A stretch of DNA of 64,000 nucleotides, taken from positions 310,001 through 374,000 of the forward strand of contig OZ037845.1 of assembly GCA_964035575.1 (NCBI GenBank). Direction: 5' to 3'. The notes beneath the pieces are model-generated. The model saw only the letters and a list, made by a program, of their open reading frames with translations, was not told the origin of the DNA and did not search any database. Source of the DNA: Rhynchopus sp. YZ270_cl-10. Taxonomy: Eukaryota. Within the stretch, counting starts at the first letter, position 1, and each line of letters opens with the position of its first letter. The translations under genes were made by a program, and so were the position numbers. Of the stretch, positions 24,308-35,392 are shown in pieces.

Positions 24308-25666
24308 TAAATTGGAGAGTTTTCGAGAGTATTTTTTTTAAATCGGGGAGTATTGGAGAGTTTTGGAGAGTTTTGGAGAGTTTTTTTTTTAAATTGGAGA
24401 GTTTTCGAGAGTTTTTCACAAATTCGCGATTAATCGCGAATTTTTTTTCTTTTTTTTTAATCGCTAAAACTCTCGAAAACACCAGTGGAGAATCTCCGCG
24501 ACTCCCGGGGATTTCAATGTATGAAAAGAGAAGTTAAAAGTGTTCAAACGCCTCACCGTACAACGGCGGACGCAAGTCACATAATTCTCCCAATCCTCCA
24601 GAGGTGCCATAAAAAGAGGAGAATTATTTGGTTGCACACAATCTCTACTGTTTTTCTTCTTTCCCCTTTTTCGTTACCCCTTCTATATGGTGGCCCACAT
24701 CACCCACCTAACTTTGCCTGAAATTTGGCAAAATATCAGGTGGATCAGCTCCCATGCAAACAAACCGGTTGTCAAGAAAAATGATCAAAATTGATTTTGA
24801 AAGAAAAAGAAACGAATCAAAAAAAGGGGGGAAATAGGAAAAAAGTGAAAGAGCCGTTCGATGTACAGACAATCTGCAGTTTTGAGGCCATGCGAGAAAG
24901 CGGGGGATAGATGTTGTATGTCAGATCACACACGGTGGAGCCCACCCAAAATGGGCGGACCCTTTTGGGCGGACTCCACCGTGTATAAGGACCAAAGGAG
25001 GACAAGGGGGGGGAGCACATTTGCCACTTTTTTTTGTTGTTCTTGCGTGAAAGCCACACAATTGATCGTCGTAGCAAAAATGGAAGAAAAAAAAAAAAGG
25101 CCCAAAGAAAAAAAAAATTCTTCAGGTGTTTTGCACGACATTAATTGCAAATAAAAAGTTTATAAGATGACCGTGCTTAATCACCTTGAAGAAAACTTGA
25201 TGTGCTTCACGTAACGATGCATCTCTTGGACGCAATCTATCAATAATATACTGTAGTTACTGATGCACCTCCGACTGACCTACATACAATGCCAGCCATC
25301 CGGATGAAAGCACAAATAAATATTGGAAGAGAAGATAGACAGATCGGTACAACGCCTACACCCTTTCCCTGTTCGAATAATACAAAACAGAATACCAGAA
25401 AAAACAGAACAAAACGTATAAAAAAAAAAATGTTGGCGTCTCTTTGTGTCATCACATTGTGACAAAATCTCCACGTTCCCTCACAAAGTTTCGAATCGCT
25501 AAAAAAAAAAATTGCGCCGGAACCTATCGAATATAACACTGCATAACGTAAATGAAACTGTATTGGTTTTTTAAGAGTACTGGTTCAAGTCGTTCATAAA
25601 AAATGAGGGGTAAAGTGACCCGGGGTAAAGTCCTAAGAAAATTTGATCATATTCGTTATTGCACAG

Positions 25667-26209
25667 CAGTGATGATGAAAAAAAAAACTATAGAATTTCG
25701 GGATTTTTTGCAATTTTTACCTTACCTTACAGGACTCTAAGAGGGGTCCCGAAGGGACTCCAGAGCAACGCGACCCCACCATGAAGAGCACGGTCGTCAA
25801 GAAGCCCAAAAAAACGAGTCGGGATTCCGCAAAAAGGGGTTCTCTGAGTGACTCGTGGTGTAAAAAGCTAGATTTTTACACCGTACCATGAATTTTTTTC
25901 GCCTGCGGCGCCATTTTATCTTATTTTTTTTGCTTCGCAAAAAAAAGTATAGTTCCCAGTGTCTTCCCTTGTCAGCAGTGCTGAATTTTTGGGCAAAAAA
26001 CAAGCTGATCCCGATCTTGAAATCTGGATTCCTGGATTAGACACTAGTTTTCCACATACAAAAACAATGACTGCCTCACACAAAACTACCGTTTTGGTGG
26101 GTGCTGGCTATATAAAACCCTGCACACAACCACGCGAAAATCCAAAAAAGGGGGTTTCCCACATATTTCCCCCTTTACTGTACCCCCACCGCCCCTATAT
26201 ACATTACTG
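25667..26209. mobile_element. Non-autonomous hAT-like element
   Basis: Ends CAGTGATG / CATTACTG with 8-bp TSD TTGCACAG. Interior ~25870-26010 is an inverted homolog of the segments flanking the foldback insertion (23210-23270 plus 23970-24050). Confidence 0.7.
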
Positions 26210-26463
26210 TTGCACAGCCTCAAAAAAAAAAAAAAAAAAAAGCTTGAAACATGATAGGTCAAAACAGAGCCCCGTTTCCGTCTTGAGTCATCTTAGGGTA
26301 GAGGGAACAATACTGTTAACTATTCTCTTGATTTTCGCTGTCAGACAGACAAGCGTTCACTATCATATGCTTTTTAATGTTGTTCCCCCATACCCCGCTT
26401 TTTGACTCTCTCTCCGGAGGCTTCCTGGAATGCCCGTAGTAAAAGAAAAAAAGAAAAAAAGAG

Positions 26464-26537
26464 AAGTTGAAAGTGCGAACGCCTCACCGTTCATCGGCGG
26501 ACGCAGGTACTGGTTCTCTCCCAGGTTATCGAACCCC
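26464..26537 (-). mobile_element. Dispersed family B, putative tRNA-derived SINE (representative copy)
   Basis: Plus-strand AAGTTGAAAGTGCAAACGCCTCACCGTTCATCGGCGGACGCAGG. Copies near 12618, 15626, 24531, 28581, 29856, 30557, 38162, 52932, 57371. B-box GGTTCGAT on the minus strand in three copies. Confidence 0.65.
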
Positions 26538-26574
26538 AAAAAAAAAAAAAAATGCTTTTGATAATTACCGTATT

Positions 26575-27462
26575 CCATACTTGGACCGCCCGAAATATAT
26601 TTCGGGCATTTCGGGCGAATTAGGGGCGGATTTCGGGCGATTTTGTGCGCCCGAAGTCGCCCGAAAACGCCCGAAATCGCCCGAAATGCAGATTTCGGGC
26701 GAATTCGGGCGCTTTTTCCGTCGTGAAAACCGACTAGGTGGGGTTCTACTCATTTTCGCAAAAAATTTTTTATATTTGGAAATATTTGATGCCAAATCTG
26801 TCAAAATAAGCAAGAATCGAAAACTTTTGTACACCTGAGTGCACTTTGGAGGCCCGTGAGAATCACCACCAAGTCACGGGTTTTCTGACTATCATTTGCT
26901 TATTCCTACCCAAAACACACTATGAACCGGGTTTTCACTATTTTTTCGTATTTCAGGGTGAATTTTTGTGAATTTTCGGGTCTCAGGGTGGTTCTGACCC
27001 ATTCTCGGGGTGTTTCGGGCCTGTAGTTGCTCAGGAGATGCCCAAAAACGTGAAAAATCGCCTTTTTACGTTTTTAGTAGTATTTTAGTGTAAATTGTTA
27101 GGGAAATCGGTTTTATACGTGGCTGCTAACAGAGCTGCACTCATATAAGTTGGGTTCTACTAGGAATTTTTGCTCAATTTTTTTTTTCTTTGAACAAATT
27201 TTGTGCCAATCTTTCAAATAAAGCGTTAGATTTTTACACTGATAACATGCTTCCCAGCACACATAAGATACTGGTTGTGCGCCCGAATCTGCCCGAAATC
27301 GCCCGAATTCGCCCGAAATGCGCCCGAATTCGCCCGAATTACGTATAAATTCCCTTTAAAACGCCCGAAATATATTTCGGGCACATTTCGGGCGCTCGGG
27401 ATCCGCGCCCGAAAAATCCGCCCGAATTCGCCCGAAATATATTTCGGGCGGTCCAAGTATGG
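26575..27462. mobile_element. TIR element, superfamily unassigned
   Basis: TIR CCATACTTGGACCGCCCGAAATATATTTCGGGC; many subterminal GCCCGAA repeats; TATT on both flanks. Confidence 0.85.
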
Positions 27463-28075
27463 TATTCGTACAAATTATCGACCATAATGTTCGACCTTTT
27501 CAGGATTTTTCTGGAAGTTGGAAGACCATTTTTTTTTACGATAATTTTCGAATATGGTTGGGGGGTATCTTGTTATTATTTTTTCCCCTTCAAGCCTGAT
27601 ACATAGAGGTATCTCTTGTATTCACACCCTTCAGAAATACAACACCTCGTGGAAGGTGTATTTTCTTTTTTGCACTAACGAACTTTGACCAGGGTAAAAT
27701 ACAGAGGTGTTTATCCGAAAAGTATAAAATAAAAGCGAAGCGCTGAAGAAGGAAGGGACACATACACAAAAGAGAAAAAGGCTGGTAATATAAGCTACCG
27801 TTTAGTCATCTTGAAAAAAAAAGGAAAAAAGAAAAATTGTATAGAAGCAATACACAGGAACACACACAAAGGGCCTTTTCGTGATATTTTTTTTGGAAAG
27901 TGGAGATTGCAACAACGGTGGCAACACAACCGAGGCAACTTCACTGATCCAATAATTTATCAAAAAAAAAATATAAAGTTCGAAAAGAAAGCCCAACCTT
28001 GTAAAACAGATTTTAAGATGAAAACAGAACGAAACACAATACTCCTTCGTTTAATTTAACATAGCAGCCATCTAC

Positions 28076-28207
28076 CACCTGATTTTTACCCAGCGTATAG
28101 GCGCGTATAGCGCGTAAAGGCTTTTTTTTGGGAAAAAGGGGTGGGGTTTGGCCTATACGGGCCAATACGGGCCTTTACGCGCCTATACGCGGGGTAAAAA
28201 TCAGGTG
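28076..28207. mobile_element. Short palindromic MITE
   Basis: CACCTGATTTTTACCC.GCGTATAGGCGCGTA / TACGCGCCTATACGCGGGGTAAAAATCAGGTG; ATCTA lies one base outside each end. Confidence 0.7.
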
Positions 28208-31068
28208 AATCTAAGAATTGGGAAAAATTTTACCCAAGAAGGAATATTGTACATGTTTAGGCAGGAAATGAAGAAAGTAGGATAGATCAACCAAGAAAGA
28301 AAACTTGATGAATGTGCCTCTCGTGCACATCATGAATGAAAGAAACGTTGAAAGATAACCTGTACCTGTCGTGAGAAGACACACATCCAAGAAAGAATCA
28401 TTAAACATAAAATACTAAAGCCTTTTGCAAAAAGCTTCGTCGCCGTTAAAAAGAGAAAAAAATAATTGAGAGGTGGGTAATTAGTGTCTCCTTTTGCTGA
28501 GCACACTGTATTTTTAAAAAAGAAAATCTTACATCTTTGAGCAATACCAAAGGTTTTTTTTCCCCTCTGAAAGAAAAGAGAAGTTGAAAGTGCAAAACGC
28601 CTCACCGTTCGAGATAAAAAATAAACATTCTTGTATGTGTTTACTGGGGTGGACAGAGATGTGGTCGTGAAGCGCCTCGTCACTTCTTGGGTATCGCTTG
28701 AAGGCAAATCCGCAAATGAAAAACCGGGTTTTTTTTTTACTAGCAATGATCTGTCTTACTTCCCTCCTTTTTTGTTGATCACAGCCATATATAGGTTTCT
28801 TGCCTGTATGGCGCATGGGTGAAAGGGGGTAAACAAGGAAAAGTTGTGAATAATAAATGAGTCCAACAACCCGTGACAGTGTACCTTTGGTACAATGACC
28901 GGTGTACCGTGGGTGGACCCCCAACCATTTCGTGGCCTACATTTGCTATATTTCTGTGCCAATCACCATAGCTCCAGAGTACTTTATTGTGGCAACTGCG
29001 GGTTTCTAAAAAGAAAAAAAAAACATTAAGGATGAAATGACCCTCTCGGGACACAACGTCCGTCCCTATTAAAACAAAACAAAAAAACGTTATTTAGTGA
29101 CAACTCCCCCCTTTCTTCGAATCGATTCCTGAAAGCAATTATGATGAAAAAAATATTACGGAACAAAAAGCTGGTAAACAGAAGAAGGCAAAAAAAAAAA
29201 AGTTGAGAAGATGACTTTTTCGTGTTCATGCAGTCACCTAAACTCAACAGAAGGGCAAAAAAGCGGGACTACGGCATGATCCACGTACAACAAAGACCAA
29301 CATTTGGGAGTGTAGTTTTGTTTTGCACGCCGGGTGCCATTAGTTCCCCCCCCTTCTCCCTCCCCTATTTTATCTGCTTTTCTCCTTTTCTTTTTGCAGC
29401 ATCGACTGTTTTGTTCACCCCAAAAAAAAAAGGGGGGGAAGGGGGTTGAGCATGATGAAATTAGTGTGAACTTTTAAAAACCTAAGCATCTGCTTAGAAA
29501 CCTGAAAGAAAAGTAATACAGTATCTTGGGGAGGGGTGCGGAGGGGGTGTGAAACCCAAAAGGAAAAAGAAAAAGCCTCATATCTCATGAAGATGTGGGG
29601 GAGGGATAGGAAGTAATCCAACAAAAATATGGGACTATACTAAATTCTACTTTTATGCTACTGCACGCGAGCAATGTTGCTGGCGGAGGGAGAAAAAAAA
29701 AACAACAAAAAGAAGGGGGGGAAATTGTAATACGGATGTGTCTCTCTTCGTGCACACATAATCTTTGGCTCTTCGTTACCAGAGACGGTTGTTAGGGGGT
29801 GATCATGACCCCAAATAAAAAGGAAAAAAAAAAGGTGTAAGACGAATGTGGCTCGCACAAACGCCTCACCGTACATCGGGCGGACCCAGGCACTGATCAA
29901 AAAAAAATAAAAAATAAACCTTGAACAGCTGTTCCTCATACATCTTACAAAAGAGGAACCGCAACTCAGTATGAACCAAACCCTCATGTTTTCGTGCCTT
30001 CAATCGTTGTCAGCACGTTGAGTAATGATTTTTGTTGGTGTCGTATGACGGTATCAAGGTCAAAGGGAGAAGGCTCTGTAAAGATGAACGAATTGCACCT
30101 CTCGTGTACACATCTTTAAAATATGATTGCAAAGCCTCTCTGTGCCGTAGTCGTTGTGTAAAATGTATTAAGAAATCATGCTGCATGACGGACAATGTCA
30201 TACCTGTCTATAAAAATCTGTCCTGGACCGCGAGGATGCTTAACACGGTGTGTTTCTTTTTTAAATTACGATTACCTAGTGAGTAGGCAGGTTGAGTGTT
30301 ATTGGCAGAAGCGCCGACAACGCCTTCCCTGTTGCTGCCGCGTACTGCGGGTTCTTGTTTGTCTACGCAACGGGGTTACACATGAGGGACAGCAGCCCTG
30401 AATCTGTGACACGAGGGGAATACACAGACACACATTCCCTCACTATGTGGCAGGTGTGCCCTGGTGACGGGAGTGGGGGTTTCTTCAAGTCTGTCATTTT
30501 TGCGGAAATTTCCGCGAGAAATCTGTCACAAAACCATCTCATTTTAAGAAAAAGAGAAGCTGAAAGTGCAAACGCCTCACCGTTCATCGGCGGATGTAGG
30601 CACCGGTTCCCCGCGGGGAAGAAAAATACGTTTTTCATAATTTTTTTGCATTCATTCCTTTGATGTAATACGCACGGATGTGTTCTTTGTATGGTGTTAA
30701 GCTTATTTTACCAAACCACAATCAAAATTGAACACAAGGCAGTCAGAGAAATATGGGGAAAATCTTAGGACACACACAAAAAAAGAAAAAGAGAGAGAGA
30801 AGAAAAAAAGAAGATCAAAGGGCCGTATCGTACCTAACGGGTTTGACAGAGCGTGTGGCACAGGGGTGGCGTGCCACCTCCTCACACCGCTCCACACACA
30901 GTGTGCTCATAACCTATTGCCCCTTCTAGCGGAGTCAAGTAAAGACAGCTTCGCCAGTGGGTCGGAGACTGGTGTTGTGTCGAACGTATCCAGCCTCCAG
31001 TGGCAGGTAGAGTTGAGATGGTTCCAAGCATCTCGTGCTGCGTCACCAACAGGTATGATTTAAGGCGT

Positions 31069-34000
31069 TCACTCAAGTGTTAGTTCGTTCGTCTGGTTCG
31101 TCATGTTCGTCACTGTCATAAACTCATCATGAAGTAGCTCGGCTGCCGGAGGTCTCTGCAGAGGCTGGCGCGAAAAGCATCTCCTCAAGAAGGCGGCCAG
31201 CTGTGGGCTCGCAGAAGCAGGCACGGGCGGTCCGCCTCTGCCGTTGATGATCTTGTTCAGTGTTTCGTGTGTGGGTTCCAGCTTCCCTGTGCGCCAAGGT
31301 GTGACGCCAAGCATCTCAATGATGGTGCATCCCAAAGACCAGATGTCGCATCGTGTGCCGTACTCCACATCGCATTCGCCAGTCTTGCGCAGAAGCACCT
31401 CGGGTGCCATCCAAAAGGGTGTGCCCACGCACGTCTGCGCACCATGTGCACCAAACGTCTCGTCCTCCTCCTCATCAAACAGTTTGCTGCAGCCAAAGTC
31501 AGACAGCTTCACCGTCGCGTCAATCGACAGCAGAAGGTTGTCTGCCTTCACGTCGCGGTGTGCAATCGCAGAGCGTCCGTTGTTCCCGCTGTGCAGGTAC
31601 GCCAGTCCCAGAAGCACGTGGCGTGTGTACTCACGCACTGTGTCCTCGTCCAGTGCTGCCTTCCGTGCACGCAGCAGGCTCTTCACAGACCCGCCAGGCA
31701 TGTACTCCATGAAGATCTCAAGACACGACGCATCACGCCACATGTGTCCCAGGTACTGCACAACGTGTGGGTGGTGCAGGGATCGCATCAGAGTGAACTC
31801 CTGTTCCACACGCATCCGTGCCTTTGCTGAGTGTGACGCACCCAACTGCATCTCCTTCACTGCCACATGCCGGTCTGACCCCTTCAGTGACGCAAGGAAG
31901 ACAACCCCAAACGACCCCTTCCCCAGTGCAGGACGCATCTTCTTGCACGTCTTCATCTCGTCCGGCTGCAGCCACATCTTCTCAGGAGGCACCGACACAG
32001 GCGCAGACGGCTTTGCAGACATCGTCCCCTCCACCCACAGCGCAATGAAGGGGTGGCGCAGAAGCTCAGGTGCGTCGTCACGTTCGCTTGGGTCCTTCGT
32101 CAGACATTTCCAGATGAAGTCGTGTGCAGACGTCGACACGTCCTCCACCACGTTCTCTGGTGGGTATGCGGGTGCGTTCATCATTGCAGCCCACAGGTTC
32201 GCACAGTCGGCCTTCCCAGGAGGCACACCCTTGTTCAGCACCTCCGACACTGTGCACCCCAAGCTGTAGATGTCTGCAGGTGTCCCTGCCGTCACGAACC
32301 CTGTCCCGCATGCAAGCACCTCGGGTGCGATCCAGTTCGGACTCCCCACCTGTGTGTTCCCGCAGGTCGACATCGTCGCATTGTTGAAGGGCATTGCTGC
32401 AGGTGAGGGCAGCTTCCCCCAGTCCGCATCGCTGTTGAGCTTCTTCAAGGAACCAAAGTCGCACAGCTTTGCCGTCCCCTCTGGTGTCAGCAGGATGTTG
32501 TCGCCCTTGATGTCCCTGTGCACAACTTCGTTGCTGTGCAGAAACGACAGTGCCTGCAGCACTTGGTGGATGTAGTACGCAGCTGTTGCCTCCTCCAGAC
32601 GTGTGTCCATCCCACGCACAAGCGCACCCAACGTGCCCCCTGACACGTACTCCATCAGGATGCAGAGACGGCCCCCGACAGGGTCGAACACCACGTCCAG
32701 CATCTCTGTCAGGTGTGGGTGGCGAAGGCCCTTCAGCAGCTCCAACACCAGCTTAGCCTCCTCTGCGTCCCGGCGCTGTGCACCGAGCTGCTCCTTGACT
32801 GCCATGTAGTCGCCGTTGTTGAGACGACCTACGAAGACAGCACCGAATCCGCCTTTGCCTACTTCGACCTCTTTGTGCCAGTCTGCATACGACGCGTTGG
32901 AGGGACCTTCGACGTGCTCGCCTACGGGGAGGCCGCTGAGGGAGACACCGCCGCTGTTCACGGTGTGGAAGAAAGGCTTCGTCTGCACGAGGTGGGAGCC
33001 GTGCTCTTCCGAGAAGGCCATCGAGTGGCTCACCGCATCCTGCAGCGTCGCAGCGCAGTATGTGTCCTCTGAGCTGTGCGGCTCCTCCACAGTGCGCAGC
33101 TCCTGCAGGAGGCTCTTCCTGTCGCCGTGCGCCATGTCCACACGCTCGCGCATCGACCTCACGTTGTAGCGGTAGAACAGAATACCCAGACACAGGACAC
33201 ACCCCGCCACACCAAGGAACACTGAAACAACGACCACAGCAATGTCCCCACTCCCCGAGTCCGTGCTTGAAGTGTTCGTGGAATTTGGTGATGGTGGGAA
33301 CGTCCAGTTATTGGGGTTGGAAGGTATTGGTGGCCACGTAAAGGTGGTGGAGTTGGGGGCAGAGGTGTTTGAGGTGTTTGAGAACCAAGATCCGTTGGGT
33401 GTGCCCGTTGTGTTTTCTACTGGCTCGTATGTATCGATAGGGTAGTCTGTGAGAGGCAACTCCGTGGTGCTTGGTGCTGCCCCTGTGACGTTCCAGAAAC
33501 TCAAATTCGAGTCCGTGGTGTTAGACCAGTCTGTGATGTTCCAGCTTGTGATGTTCCAGCTAGAGTTGTTACCCAACGTTGTTCCGTTGGAGCCGTTGAT
33601 CCATTCGGTCGATGTGTTCGGAGCCCCCGTGAAGTTCGAGATCCAGATTGCTTGGTCGCAGCAATTCCAGACGTTCGAACGGCACAGAAACCCCTCACTC
33701 CCACACGCGATCGACTCTTTGTTCGGCTTATCAACGTAGCCCACTGGGCAGCGCACGATGCTGCATGTGGGTGCCATCCCTCTCATGCACGAGGACAGAT
33801 TCCTCTTCTCCATGTCGGTGTAGTTCCCCCATATGTAAGGGGGCGTGCTGCTGTTCTCGAAGGCTGCGAAGCCGTAGGGGAGGGGGTAGATCCAGTCCAC
33901 GGAATAGTTCCACGATATGTTCCACGAGTAGCCTCCGTAGAAGGGGTCGCCCCAGGCCACGACGGTGCCGCTGTACGTGCGTGCAGCGTAGGCACGCCCT

Positions 34001-35166
34001 GTCTTGAGATGTGCGATGGTGTCAATGTCGTTCGAGGAGTACGTATAGTTGCCCCCGTAGTTGGTCTTCCCCACTGCCTCAATCCTCCCGCTCGTAGCGA
34101 GAAGAACGTACGAGTACTCATTGGAGTAGACAGCCGCGACGTCACTCGAGACCATCCCGATGGTCACATTCTCGAAGGAACCTCCGGCGACCACGGGGAT
34201 GTAGTTGTTCTGCAGGAACAGCACGCTATCAGCACCGACGAAGTACTGTGGGTACGGGGAGATGGCATCGACGCTGAAGCCGTCTGCGGTATTCGAGAAG
34301 AGGTAGTTTGCGAGGACGCTGGGGTAGGGCCAGGTGCTGGTCCACCACTGCACGGTGCCGTCCGACATGATGGCGTAGAAGGTTTCACCACGGGTGAAGA
34401 TGTCGGCAACAAACCAGTCAGACGAGAGCATGATTGCGTAATCAATGCTACCACCAAAGAGCACCACGCTTCTGTTCCCTGTCAGCACCGCAAACGAGTT
34501 GTCACCACCGCCGACAATCTTCAACACCTTAAGCCCGCCGTACGTATAGCTCTGACACATCGCCAGCATTTCCTCCATGGACCGCGTTGTGCCGTTATTC
34601 ACCCACGACAGACAGTCCACGATGTCACCACCATCATAATCCCTGTACACAGAAATCTGGCTCTCTGTCCGCGCAATGCTCTGCACTGTCCCATATGAAT
34701 AGTAGCTCCCGGACTCCGCTGCGGAGCTGAAGAACGAAAAGTACGACTCCCTCGGGTCTTCACGAATGTCGTAAGCATAGAAGGAGCCGTCCCCTGTGGA
34801 CGCAAGGATGGTGTAGTTAGCAATATCTGCACCAATGGGTGCCGCGACACTGTCGCCGTAGATGTTCTGCCCGTACGCTTTGGTATGTGGAAACGTGAAG
34901 CGTGTTAGGACCATAGCAGATGCAGAGGTGACCACGAGGGAGACGTTTTTCTCGGAGTTCAGTGGCCTTAGAGAAGAGTTCCACGCCAGGCCACCGTCCC
35001 ACGATCCCTTCTTGAAGGCATACATAGAACGGTCGGTGCACACCTGAAAGCACTCATCCTTCATGCATCCTCCCGCATTCAACGAAGAGAAATACTGAAT
35101 CGACCCCGCCACCACACCCGTCTTAACACCCTCACACACCGCAAGCGAAAGCACAATGCTCAACAT
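31069..35166 (-). CDS. Receptor-like tandem kinase paralog 4
   Basis: 1365-aa ORF: signal peptide, GGCMKDECFQVC, RCC1-like repeat (TVVAWGDPFYGG), N-glycosylation-rich stalk, TM, two kinase domains. Confidence 0.92.
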   Translation of the reverse strand: MLSIVLSLAVCEGVKTGVVAGSIQYFSSLNAGGCMKDECFQVCTDRSMYAFKKGSWDGGLAWNSSLRPLNSEKNVSLVVTSASAMVLTRFTFPHTKAYGQNIYGDSVAAPIGADIANYTILASTGDGSFYAYDIREDPRESYFSFFSSAAESGSYYSYGTVQSIARTESQISVYRDYDGGDIVDCLSWVNNGTTRSMEEMLAMCQSYTYGGLKVLKIVGGGDNSFAVLTGNRSVVLFGGSIDYAIMLSSDWFVADIFTRGETFYAIMSDGTVQWWTSTWPYPSVLANYLFSNTADGFSVDAISPYPQYFVGADSVLFLQNNYIPVVAGGSFENVTIGMVSSDVAAVYSNEYSYVLLATSGRIEAVGKTNYGGNYTYSSNDIDTIAHLKTGRAYAARTYSGTVVAWGDPFYGGYSWNISWNYSVDWIYPLPYGFAAFENSSTPPYIWGNYTDMEKRNLSSCMRGMAPTCSIVRCPVGYVDKPNKESIACGSEGFLCRSNVWNCCDQAIWISNFTGAPNTSTEWINGSNGTTLGNNSSWNITSWNITDWSNTTDSNLSFWNVTGAAPSTTELPLTDYPIDTYEPVENTTGTPNGSWFSNTSNTSAPNSTTFTWPPIPSNPNNWTFPPSPNSTNTSSTDSGSGDIAVVVVSVFLGVAGCVLCLGILFYRYNVRSMRERVDMAHGDRKSLLQELRTVEEPHSSEDTYCAATLQDAVSHSMAFSEEHGSHLVQTKPFFHTVNSGGVSLSGLPVGEHVEGPSNASYADWHKEVEVGKGGFGAVFVGRLNNGDYMAVKEQLGAQRRDAEEAKLVLELLKGLRHPHLTEMLDVVFDPVGGRLCILMEYVSGGTLGALVRGMDTRLEEATAAYYIHQVLQALSFLHSNEVVHRDIKGDNILLTPEGTAKLCDFGSLKKLNSDADWGKLPSPAAMPFNNATMSTCGNTQVGSPNWIAPEVLACGTGFVTAGTPADIYSLGCTVSEVLNKGVPPGKADCANLWAAMMNAPAYPPENVVEDVSTSAHDFIWKCLTKDPSERDDAPELLRHPFIALWVEGTMSAKPSAPVSVPPEKMWLQPDEMKTCKKMRPALGKGSFGVVFLASLKGSDRHVAVKEMQLGASHSAKARMRVEQEFTLMRSLHHPHVVQYLGHMWRDASCLEIFMEYMPGGSVKSLLRARKAALDEDTVREYTRHVLLGLAYLHSGNNGRSAIAHRDVKADNLLLSIDATVKLSDFGCSKLFDEEEDETFGAHGAQTCVGTPFWMAPEVLLRKTGECDVEYGTRCDIWSLGCTIIEMLGVTPWRTGKLEPTHETLNKIINGRGGPPVPASASPQLAAFLRRCFSRQPLQRPPAAELLHDEFMTVTNMTNQTNELTLE

Positions 35167-35392
35167 TTCAAAAAAAGACCAAAAAGGGGGTAAAAGAGAG
35201 AGAGAGAAAAGCCCTCACGTCATGGGGAAAAGGGGCGGAGGGTGGGGGAGCTTTGGTGTCTCTGTGGGTGGTTGCATGGTGAGGAAGAGGAGGAGGTAGG
35301 TCGTAAGTGGGGAGGGGAAAGGTGTCTTTTTTTGTTGCGATTTCTGTTGATGCTATTCATCTGACTGTATCATATGAAGTGTTCCGTGGCGC

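Larger units (their letters stand above)
21991..24519. mobile_element. Non-autonomous Tc1/mariner-like element (outer layer of nested stack)
   Basis: TIR CATTGAAATCCC.GGGAGTC / GACTCCC.GGGATTTCAATG, TA TSD, subterminal GAGAGTTTTCG repeats. Confidence 0.8.

Noticed and set aside
28979..28989. GTACTTTATTG, matching the 3' end of the euglenozoan spliced leader
   Set aside because: Only 11 nt, with no convincing upstream match; compatible with chance.
6900..35100. Many plus-strand and alternate-frame ORFs overlapping the kinase genes (e.g. 31244-32269, 33652-34698)
   Set aside because: Antisense shadows of GC-rich coding sequence; they recur only because the kinase DNA is duplicated.
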